From Syncephalis fuscata S228 (lineage: Eukaryota > Fungi > Zoopagomycota): a stretch of DNA of 64,000 bases. Positions 38,552-50,469 of the stretch are shown here, piece after piece. Within the stretch, counting starts at the first letter, position 1. The number at the start of each line of letters is the position of its first letter. The notes beneath the pieces are model-generated. The model was not told the origin of the DNA, ran no database searches, and was given only the letters and a program-made list of their open reading frames with translations. Location of the stretch: positions 248,001-312,000 of the forward strand of contig JAHLTZ010000008.1 of the NCBI GenBank assembly GCA_025786725.1, written 5' to 3'. The position numbers were made by a program, and so were the translations under genes.

Positions 38552-40108
38552 TGATCTTTAATCATATAGTTAAATCTTGTAACAATATATGGATGTTCAA
38601 ACGATTTTTTGTACAAATACTCTGAATTTGTTATGCCTAAATTCCTAGTACGGGTTGGATGCATCGGATCTATTGCTATAAATGTATTGTCGTATTTAGA
38701 GCTATAAATAACAAATCCTGCAATATATAATGAAAAAAGATTAGCATATTTATCTATATCTAGCAGATATTGTACTTTAAGCATTGAGCTTAAAGTATCT
38801 ACATTGGTGTGTGCTAGTATAGTGCCATCGATTGAGTTGTAAATCGTCCATCCACTTTCAGATATAACAAGAATGCGGTTAGAACCAAATAGTGGTATCG
38901 TGCCATAAAGACAATCGCTACGTGTCCAGATGGGCTTTACATCTTTAATGCAAGCATTCGAATAGCCGCATTCTGTTGAAATCATTGCCAAACTTATTTC
39001 ATATTCTCTATTTTCGTTTAACGTATTAACATTAAACGGGGAATTATGTTCGACTAAAACCCAATTGCCATTAAGTTTTTTAACAAGAATTTAAAGTCTT
39101 TGGACGTTTTAAAGCGGATTTTTCCTTGCATTAGACAGCGCGGACCATATCCTAAATAGCGATTTGAAAACTTCCATACATTCCATTTGAGTGTGGTAAT
39201 GGTATCTGAGCGATGCAACGATTTGCTAAATATAATTGCTGATTCTTCAGTAACTCTCAATAAAAAAAGTTCGCTTTGACAAGTTGTAATAGTACCCATG
39301 CACATTTGACCATTAGCAAGATCAAAAACGCGAGTTGTTGTTATTATATTAGATTCATTGTTTCCGTCTGCTATTCTGAATAATTAACTACCATCCAGCG
39401 GCCACTAATGCTTGCAATGTCGCATAAACAGGAGAATTGACGTGGCCGTGTGATTGAGATTCGATTTACTGGCCAGATAGAAATAGTGCATGTTTTTCCA
39501 CGAATATGATTTGTACTATTTCTTTGTCTACTAATAGTTACCACAAATCTGTCTGATATCAGACATTGTTTTATCTGAGATTTACAGTTTATATCATTGT
39601 GAAATAATTTACGCAAGTACCAAAATCGTTTAGTAAATGTATCTCCTATTGGCTGACATTGCTCAGCAATGAAACATTTATGTATGTCAGTATGATGATA
39701 AACAATTCGTTGCAATATAATAGAACGTGTGTTATCTGATTCTTCTTCCGTTAAATCCTTAACTGGATATGGTGCGCTTTTAAGCCAGTTTGCGTCAGTG
39801 GCACGCCGATAGCAAAATGCATGAAACCATTCGATATGCTGATTGCTCAATTGAGTAATGCTAGCTGTTTTCTTGGTTTGTAATGCCAACAGTTTCGATG
39901 CACGCACTGTCTTCACATACCAGGCTAGCCATTTTATTTCGTTGCCGTCAGCAAGATTGTAATACTGCCTATATCGCTGATGCCAGATATTGTTATGTTG
40001 GCTAACGCAATACCGCAGCCATTTACTGCAGCATGAAAGCAGAACAAGTGAGTCGCTGTCGGCAAATGCGGCAACACGTCCAATAACAAGTATAGGGATA
40101 TGAATCAT
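38464..40108 (-). CDS. Lineage-specific F-box protein, type B copy 3 (mosaic; apparent frameshifts at ~39085 and ~39357-39373)
   Basis: Three consecutive ORF fragments (256, 83 and 175 aa) are colinear with B1/B2. All breaks are missing bases in short homopolymers, so the gene is probably intact, although a recent pseudogene cannot be excluded. Confidence 0.72.
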
Positions 40109-43020
40109 TGTGTATAAGTAAATAAGACAAGAAAAGGACAATAGCTAGATTGTCAAGAACTACTCATATCAATAATACGTTGCTAAAAGATAGATGATCA
40201 TAATGCGTAGTTACAATGAACGTAAGCTAGACGTGTATTTGATTTACATATATCGTGCAACCTTCAAAGGCCTTGAACTTTGAAATGACGGCTCACTTAC
40301 AATACAATCATCATACGCATACGCTCTATCTATCATAATATGTTGCTTTGCGTTATAATGTTATATATATATAATTTCTTTTATTAGTTGAATACGTTCC
40401 TTTTTATAATATCTTAATATACTGACCACGTATATGCAATACAATCACAGTCACACCATCTGTTTTAATAATAATTTAGTGATTTATTTAGTTAATTGTC
40501 GTATTTAATTATGCTAATGCTATTACATTAATATGCGTGCGCTATGCTTCATTTCATTTCTAGTTTAATTTTAAAAGTACATGGATTCTTATATTTATTA
40601 CTAAGTTGAATAGCATTTGTTGATTACATAAAATACTGTGAATCATTTAATATTATAGCAATCGATACACAATGACGTAATGCTGCTTAATTTCCAGACA
40701 GCCTACCGCGACTTTATGTAATCTCAATGTATTTGTTTTACTTGTAAATAAATAATAACAATATCCATTCGTCAACAATCACATAGCTGTGTAACCACTG
40801 CACTATGGATAGAATAAAGCAACTCAAAGTCGTGCAAGACCTTTTTGTTTTACTTGCATCCAACACTATTCGTTCTCTCTATCGTGTATTAATTTTAGTA
40901 CAGTTATTTCTAGCTAGCCATGTCTTCAACTATGAATAATGAACGCCTATGGCAAAGCCATGACATTTTACTGTATTTGTGTCGATTTGTGGATGGCCAA
41001 GAACTAGTACTCTTTGCCGCCAGTTGTCGATTTATTTACAAGACAATAGTTGATAGGCCAGATTATTGGGAACGACAATACAAGAAAATATTTTCATTGG
41101 CGATTGGCGCGAACAAGAATGGCTTATGTGGTATAATTGGCACATCAATGCTACAACAGAAGTAAAAGAGTCTACGCTTGATGTAAATCAGACAAAACAG
41201 GAACATTTAGTAGCACCTATCGGTACAAATGTTAGTAATGTCAATAATGAATATGCATTGCTTGCTAGCTATTTAAAATCCGTTTCTAGTTTTGATGCTA
41301 CTCAATGGTTTTACGCTTATCAGCGACGTCGACAAATTGAGCGCAATTTTATGGCGGGTCGATTCAAAAAGCAGATATATCAATTACCGGCTGATGGAAA
41401 CATTCAAATGGAGCTAGCCGACGTAAACCCTTGGTATACATTGGTATCAGACAAAAGAGGATATAAAACTTGGTCAATTCAACACAATTTATTCAGCAAA
41501 AAGAATGAGTACGGTGGTGAGGAACCAGGGTGGAAAGAATTGGCAATACCTATACCACCGGCATTATTTGATTGTAGTCATGTAGTCTTTTCTGCCAGTG
41601 AACAACATCAGTTTGTCATGGCTTATGTTAATATAATGACGTATAATGATGTCAGGCTTGTGGATATTGGAGACCCAATAGGTGACTAGTCATTATTAAT
41701 ACCAATAATTATATTAATATTTACTAATGTCGTTAAAACTAGTAAACATAAATGAATTAAAAGCACAACACATTAAAGAAAGTGCATCTAAAGTTTTTAA
41801 TACGTTAGATGAGCACTCTACTGCATCAGCAACCATTGCAGCTTCGAATGAACGAAAAAGTAGCCAGCGAACAGCCATTCTAGTATGGCCCAATGCTGGC
41901 AGCTCATTACCTAATGTTATTTATCTTGGACATGGATATGACAACAGGGGAAGAGAAGAGTTTAGCCATTTTTCTGATACTTGTAATGAATGGGCACTCT
42001 TTTGTATTTACTATGCACAATATTCATACCGACGATTTGATTTAATTAATTTAGATGAAGGCCAATGGATAGAAGGAGTAAAACTATACAATGATGAAAC
42101 ATCATCTTGTATTCAGTTTGCCTCTCACGATAAGTGTCAATTTCTAACATGCGCAATAGTACACGACGTTGGAGCATTTGACCTTGCTTCCACATTTATT
42201 GCTAATGAAGACTCGCAAATAGCTGGCAATGATAATCCATTACTCTACATTCAATGGAAGCTACTTGATGCTCATAAGGGTTGGTCTAAGAGTAAGGAAA
42301 TATTATCGGGCCAAATTACTATTCCATATTGGCCAGACGCTATAGTTGGTGCAGGGACATACACAGAAAAGATGTGCCTAATCACTGTAGCTAATCCATA
42401 CTATGATTCAAGCAGCAATTGCGACGATCCATTTGATACCTTGCTTTTTTTCTTTGTATTTGGAAAAGATGCATCGAATACCTCACCGCAATCACTATTC
42501 GATGCTAGAGATTACGGCCAATTACAACCAATTGATAATTCCGATCAAGGATATATATTATGGAGGCGACCTATAATTGAAAATACTATTACTGGATTAT
42601 ACAGTGAAAAAATAATTATTGTTCATAGTGGTAAAACAATTGATGTACTGGATGCTAGAAATGGGGATTTACTACGCTCGATTACTGTGCCATTTAATGT
42701 TGAGCTTACTCCGTTTATTGGGTCTTTATGCAACATATTTAGTAGAAGATACAAAAAGAACTGGTTTATTGATATGCGCACTGGCCGAATTTACAAGCCA
42801 CCAGCTTGTCTTACTATCAGAAAAACTGAAGACAACAATGAAGCTGAGTCTTTAGGCCTCATCGAAGTATCAGATCTAAAAGCATCAAGAAAAGAGAAGT
42901 CGTGGAAATCGCCCGAATATAGAATATCAAATTTCTCTATTAGCCGATTTGGCGTGAATGGAAGTCAAATATATGAAACATTTATTTTATAAATGAAAGA
43001 TGCTGCTTGCAACATTTAAT
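39740..43020. repeat. Right arm of the ~3.3-kb inverted repeat (partner 21415-24696)
   Basis: See left arm; identity ends at ...gcaacatttaat|ctattg. Confidence 0.97.
40920..42992 (+). CDS. F-box protein type A copy 2 (intron 41682-41742; GGG>GG deletion at ~41099)
   Basis: Translation identical to A1 apart from a single missing G (TCATTGGGCG vs TCATTGGCG). Confidence 0.78.
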
Positions 43021-43651
43021 CTATTGAACATTATGATGGATGGTGAATGACATCAGTCATCAAATACTCATTATCATAGATTTATTATCCAGTATGCATA
43101 TATCATTCTCACTATATGCTCATATTGTTATATATTACTATATTACTGAAGAGATAACAGCAAGTAAATTTAATACAATTATCATGCTGGCAATCGTATA
43201 CATAAAGTAGTACGACCTACTACTATTGAGATTACACGCACTGTTGCCAGTATAACTTTTAATGGTATTCATAGCAGAAGTATGGCATATAAATGATATT
43301 TGCAGTGTATGTTTAAATGACATAAAAACAGACTAAAAATGCATTTACTATGTCAATACCAAAGACCGTAGTAATGAAGGTAGTTAAAAAAGCAATGCAA
43401 GGAGGTTATATAAGTAGTGTTTGTATCTAACTAGTAGTCAGTCAACTATTGACACTATCTAAGTAGTATCTATTGTATATACTTGTACATGCTATAGATA
43501 TATACTGTCATATAAAGAACGTGTGATGACGTAGATTGTATGTTGTTAATATGAGTGAATTAAATACTGATGTCAGTTAATACCAAAACTACTCATTATT
43601 ATTATTACTATTACCGTTATTACTATTATCATTCTACTTTATTCCAACATC

Positions 43652-46600
43652 ATGGCCGATACTGATATTGACCATAATCTACCACGTCCCATCTCTTTTT
43701 TATTCGATGAAGAAAAGTACAATGCGGCTCAGTCTCCAGAAAAGCGATCTTTACTGACTTTCCGCTGGTTAAGTGCGTTGGAGAAGGATTTGCAAACCGT
43801 ACCAAGGGTCAGTCACAGTGGCGTCTTTATCGTCTATTCTCTCTATTTATACCATAGACGACGCAACATGTATATATATATGTTACGGCATTGCCATCTA
43901 TAGGATATACTTAAAGCATCTCAAGAGGAATTGGAAAAGATATTACTGCGACTATTGTCGGATGGAGCACCGTCGCCGGGTCGACCTGTACGTATACTAC
44001 TACGTCGTTGTTGTGTTCTACTATTTGAACGAGGCAATGCGCGGTCCTTAGTACCTTGGCTACTAGCAGCTCAGAATATACTAGGCGCGCCTAAAGATCA
44101 AAAGCCAACAGGCTGTCGAATGTAAGTAACAATTAGACCATAACACCTCCATAGCCAATATCAATTTATCTAGTGCAGCTGCGGGCTGTATCGGTTCATT
44201 ATTGCAAACACTAGGCTTTCAAGTAAGTAAAGACCATTAATAGGCGAATAGTTTAGTGTATATATATTTATATATGTATATGTATAGGTATTCTCTCATA
44301 TTGCTGATTTTATTACCACCAGTATAAAATTGGTCAAATCAGTATCCGTGGTAACTATTTGGATAATTGATAGTGAATATCAAATTAAACTATTTATTAG
44401 GATCATGAATTACGAGTTAGCGTTGTTCTTTCTGTATCTCGTGCACTTCAAGGTGCTGGTAAAGGATGTCCTGATGTATTGGGACGTGATTTATTAAAGA
44501 TGCTAAAGACAATGCTTGCCGATGAAGGTACTCAATTAAGACTAGCAGCATTAAAAGTACGTATTTACATTGTAAAGATAATACATTCAATTAATCAACT
44601 ACTAACTTTATAATAATTAGTGTATTGAAGCATTGGTGGCATGTACATCTTTTTCAAAGACCCTTCGAGAGCAGGATATGGATGCATTACTCGATTTAGT
44701 ATTAAAAGCAATTTCAAGCGGAGACGTTGAAAGTAGTAAGACCGCTGCCTCAACTATTGCCGCTTTACTTCTTTGTCGCCAAGTTTCACAACTAACCGCA
44801 TTACAAAAAGCTAAAGCTAAAGATGCCGAAGCAAACGGAGATGCCAAAGAAATATCTGCAGCATCGGTAGTTCTAGAAGCAGCGGATTTATTCTCTAAAT
44901 TGCCCCGGCTTATCGAACGCTATATTGATCAATCAACGGCACTTGATGCACTATTTATGACTTATGGCTCACTGTGTACACGTCTAGGTCCGGTATGGAC
45001 TCAAGGACAACTACATCAACTATTGAATCACTTGTTTATTCATAGTATTGAGCCATTACGTCTATCAAGTTTACCTCGTCAACAAAGTCTATCTATATTA
45101 AGTGTTGTGGATAAAGTACTATTGGACACCGTAGCTAAACGATTAATGGATGAACCAGGCCGTATTGTATTTGTACGAGAACTGTTAAATGCCTGGTTAA
45201 CCGGTACACCCACCGAGTTTGGCTATGAATGGCCAGTTAGTCGTTGGATATTGGTATCGGCGCTGCGATTAACCCGTAGTTTAATTAATATACTTGGCGG
45301 TGCAGTGTCAGCAGTACAAGTAAGTTGTTAGTGATTATAGGAACTATATAATTTATTAGTTTATAGGAAGAAATGTTAGCCGTGTTAATGCCACTACTGC
45401 AACATCCACGGGCTACTGTCTATTTGGCAACATCAGCGTGTATAAGTGCATTTGCTGATGCAGTTCATGGCTGTCTACCTGTATTAATGCCCACCGTCTA
45501 TGATCTATTACAACGTGCATTGAAACAGTGTAAAGAAAGTGTATCGATAGATGATGCACAACAACAACAGTTACAACACCAAAGATTACAGAACTGTATT
45601 AGTTATGCTTATGCCGTTGGTGCACTAGCCTGTGCCGTATCACGATACCCATTAGATGCAAGTTATGAAACAAATGCTTGGATATTTTCATTGGCCTCAC
45701 AATTATTAAAAAGCGTCACTTCAGCTGCAGCAGCTAAAGAGAACCAACAAGCCGATCCACGAGTGATTTATACGAATCTCGAAGTAGGCTGGACATTATT
45801 GACGGCACTCACTTATGCCGGACCTGATTTTGTTAGTCTACACTTATCGCAATTGCTATTACTATGGAAGGCAGCTTTACCTCGACCATCAGCGCGTGAC
45901 AATGACCCAAGTACTGGTGGTGGTCGATCTGAAGCAGCTTGGTCTTATTTACTTCATGGACGGGCTCTTGCATTAACGGCGCTACTTGGCCTACTTCGTT
46001 GCAATCAATCCTTGCTTACACCGGATATTACAAAACGAGTGGCTGCTCTTCTACTTAATACATGGGCCACCCTGTGTAGTGTTCCATCAGCAGAGGCCCG
46101 CTCAGCATCAGCTGCCGATGCTGTTGGTGTTGAAGAAAATAGAAAATTACTTAAATTACGACTATTTGAATGCTTATCACTACTTGAACCCACCACACTG
46201 GTGGAGAATGCATTTAAAGAATTGACGCAAACGGCAGCTCAAGTATTTTTAGATCCAGAATATGTAGCAATGGATTTTGAACGTACAAGTCATCAACATC
46301 AACAGCAACAGCAACAGCAGCAACAAGGCTTGCTATTTTCATCCTATGCCATTTATTTAGACGAATATAATGTTCAGCCCATTGACGAGGTAATTAATAT
46401 TACTTTTTTATTAACATGAATAGACGTGTTAATGTCATACTTAGATGCCACCACGTCCTTTGAGTGCACTTGAATATGACCCAGCCGTATTATTCCGTGG
46501 CTCTTCGTTTGCGCCGCCTTTATCATTTTCACTTGTCACTGCGTCTGTGTGTACTTTTGGTCAAATATTTGTCCATTTACCGGAAAAGGAACAGGCGCGG

Positions 46601-49600
46601 TTTATTGGTACGATGATTGCCGCACAAAGTAGTCCACAACTTGAACATGATATTGAAAAGCGTATGGCAGTTCGATATAATGTTATTTCAAGTTTACTTT
46701 ACTGTTTTATTGCGGCAAGAAATACACCCAGTTCTGGAGAAGCGTCATTTTTCAGCGATGATATTGCTTTTAAACTACAGAAAATACTTCAAGTAAGCCA
46801 TAGTGTAGATAATGAATATAGATAAATACTAATGTATATTATTAGGATGTTGTCAGTTTACCAGATCCAATTCTTCGTCGTTTAGCAAGTAATGCACTGG
46901 GTCGTCTATCTTATCTAGTAGGCAATAAGTTTGTCGTTAATCAGTTACAGCTTAATTTAAATCATGCAATCCAATTTCGAGATCCAGAAGTTAGAGCAGG
47001 ATGTACCTTTGTTATTGCCAGTATTTGTAGTCGACTTGGCAGTATACAGGCCAGTGTTCATCTGGAAACAGTTGTAGGCATTATGCACACACTATGCAAC
47101 GATCCACATCCTACTGTACATACATGGGCGCTTGAAGCACTGGGACTTGTAGTTGAATCGTCAGGTGTCATGTTTACACCGTATATATCAAGTACGATTG
47201 GTCTTATGGCCAAGCTATTTCTTAGCGATAGTCATACACCGGCACCGCGTGTTGTACAACAACTAGGACGTATTCTATGCTCACTTTTAGGTACACTGGG
47301 ACCAGAATTGCAGGCCAACTACAAATTACGTGAAGTGATTCAATCACTGGTACAAGAGCTGGCTATGGATACACGCAGTGAAGTGGCCGTTGAAGGTATG
47401 CGCTGTTTATTACGATTACAAATGTTTTCGCCATCCGATGTCGATCTACGCTGGCTACTTATTCGATTGCGTCAACGACTTGTATCGGAGGATGAAGCGG
47501 TTCTTTGTGCAGTAGTAGCCTGCCTCTATCAAATTATACAGACTGTACCGCGATCCGAGTATGCGGAACAGTTATCGGGAATTGAGCACCAGCTATTTAA
47601 TCTACTTGACGATGATCCACAACTTGAAGATACGAAAAATGCTATTAGTGCACTAGTACAACATACAACATCAGATGAAACGGCTGCCACTTGGATTACA
47701 CTATGCAGCCGTATGTTTGTTAAGGATAATGAGAAGGATTCAACAAGTCGGGTTGGTAGAGCTGCTTATGGCTGGCAAGCATGTCAATTTGCCATTAACT
47801 GTGTTTGCAACGTGGTGATTCAACAACGATCATTGCCTGTAAATGAACATCAAGTACCGGTGAAATTTTTAATGGATCGATTAGTTGAATTAGTTAAACT
47901 TGCTTTTCTTGCTTCAACGGCCAATGTTGAAACAGTACGCATTGGTGGATTAAAATTATTGGCTGAGCTTGTCAAGGTAAATAAAAGCATATTTATTAGC
48001 GAGCGGCTTATTGATGGACCAATTAGACCTTTGGCGATATGGATGATCCTGAATTCCCTGGCTCTTCGTTATTAGAACAATATCAAGTAAGAACGATGAT
48101 TTACAGTGTTATAGTGTTAACGGTGTGGATGATTTATATAGGCCCAGATTGTATCAGCATTGACACCGGCACTAGATGTTCAAGCACCGCCACAAGTCAT
48201 GGCTACAGCAATGCAAGTGTGTGGGCTTTATGTTGGTAGTGCTTGTGGGGCAATGCAAGGTGCACAAGGACGTGTATTAAGACTTATGGTCAGCATGTTA
48301 TCACAGTTAGATGGTAATTAAAAGCATAGATTATTAAGAATAACCATAATAACCATGATAATAGAAGAGGATGCTACTGTACATGCCAATACAAGTCCAC
48401 CGGCCAAAGTGATGATCAGACTTGCCATATTAACAGCATGGGCTGATATTTTACACGCTGGTCAGACTGTAACTGAATTAGCTCAAGTAGTTCGACCGTA
48501 TCCTTTAAACATTTATACATTTATCAATGGCATCATAGTTACTGCTTAACCTTTTCATAGTTATACGGATTCATTACTGGAATGGTGGCTCATTGCAGTG
48601 GGTGATTATGCTCGCTTAAAAATAGAAGAGAGCGGTACAAGTAATACACGATCAAATACACAAGAGCTACGTTTAGCTACAGGACTTGATGCAGTATATG
48701 CTAGTTCAATGAGGCGTATTGTATATCCGGTAATGTAAACCATTAAATTAATTAAATTAGTCTATTAATATACAGTCAATTATAGTACTATAAATTAGCA
48801 TGGCCACATATTAGTCGATCATTGGGCATTCTATTACAACAAGCACAAACACCTATTGATGATGACGATGATGATGATACAGCATTGCTCAATAGTTTAA
48901 ATCCTAGTATGTCTCAATTATTATACGGTCTTTGTGTTTGGGAATTGACCGATGAAGCAAATGAGATGTCCGTCATTGTATCGTGTATTCAAATGATTGA
49001 GGGCATTCTTAAACGACAATTGTTACATCAAGCAGTATTAACTGATACATTATTCTACGAATTGGTTTCAGCTCTATATCGTGCCTCGAGAGCTTTTCGA
49101 TCTGTTAGTGTTGATAGTGAATTGTGTCGATTACTGCAATGGCTTATTTGTCATGGCCCATCCACCGTTCGTGAACCAATTATTAAGATTCTTGCTACTA
49201 TGACGCAGACAACACAACAAATGACTACTGGTAGCTATATCTTTTAGTATTTAACTTTATACTAATCAATATAAATAGTTGTACAAGTTTCTCTAGTTAT
49301 TGATGCTTTTCTTGTATTGGCTGAACAAGCTACATCGACATCAACTATAACAGTTATATTGCTATTCCGCTTTATTAATGGCAAGTAATTAGTAGAACTA
49401 TTGTGTATTTTTATATACATATTAACACAAATCATATTATATTATTAGATATATTTAATAATGCATCGATGACTTCAGAACAAAACTTTGGACAAATACT
49501 TGCTATTGTTAAAAAATGTTTACAACGAATTGAGCCACTTGTTATCAAAACAGATACACCATCACTAAAGGCGAGTGCGGTATTTTTACAACAAAGAATA

Positions 49601-50414
49601 CACGCCACTACACAAACAGAAAGGTAAATGAATTTATTAAAAGAATATAGCCAGCTAAATTATTTGTAATATTGTATAGTGAAACTAGTTTAACTCTACT
49701 TACACTATCCATTGCTTCATTGCCTCGTCTAATTGAAAATCAAACTATTCAAAAAGATTTGCAAAAGGCATATGAAACAATTCTTGGTCCAGGTACCGAA
49801 GAAAAGGTTAGAAACACTATTTATATGGTTAATACTGATGTACTAACACTATTATTATAATAATAACAATTAGAAACTATTACAAGCTTTACGTAGTCTA
49901 CGCACTTTATGTCAATTATTGTCTACAGAACGTGTCTCATTACTTGCTATGATGACGGTCCAGCCAATTGTTTTACTTATTCAACGACTACGTGGATCTG
50001 ACTGTCTTACTATTAATCAACTTGATATTATGGTAGAAGAAGCACTACGTGCCTGTTGTACACTACTCGTTTCCCTACCCAGTATTAATGGTAGGTCAAA
50101 TAGCTATATAGAATATATAGTATAATACTAATACTTTGATAATCAATATAGGTCTATCGGTGGCGCTTGTGGCGGCCATTCCCTGGCTTGACTACATCGA
50201 TGCAAGTGTTCGCCATGCTGTTGCCAAATTACTATTAACTATGGCGGCTGAACAAGCACCTGCTTTCCGACAAGCATTAACTAATTTGCCATCAGAACAA
50301 GCAAGTCAACTTGAAACGGCATTGCGTCAGTTTGCTATTGAACAACAAACGGCAGCGACAAATAATCAACCAACTCAGTCCAAGATTGAATTAAAGAGTG
50401 CATTCTCATTTTAA
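43652..50414 (+). CDS. LAA1: HEATR5A/B (Laa1/Sip1) AP-1 accessory HEAT-repeat protein
   Basis: LLTFRWLSALEKDL, PSPGRPVRILLRRC, GPDFVSLHLSQLLLLWKAALPR, DPEVRAGC, LCNDPHPTVHTWALEAL, DDPEFPGSSLLEQYQ/AQIVSALTPA, W...GDYARL; ends KIELKSAFSF*. Confidence 0.93.
48498..48560 (+). other. U12-type (minor) GT-AG intron in HEATR5/LAA1
   Basis: Donor GTATCCTTT, branch TGCTTAAC at 48543-48550 ending 10 nt before the 3' splice site; splicing is in frame (VVRP|YTDSLLEWW). Confidence 0.85.
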
Positions 50415-50469
50415 TATAAATATATATATATAAAAGTAATCATTTATTATTTGTATTTGTCTATTTATA

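Noticed and set aside
38464-42992. B3 and A2 as pseudogenes
   Set aside because: All lesions are missing bases in short homopolymers, the same error type seen in essential ISU1 and importin-5; there are no in-frame nonsense substitutions.
21415-43020. Giant transposon / composite element with terminal inverted repeats
   Set aside because: No transposase or recombinase ORF, no target-site duplication at the outer ends, and the core holds housekeeping genes; the repeats are gene duplications.
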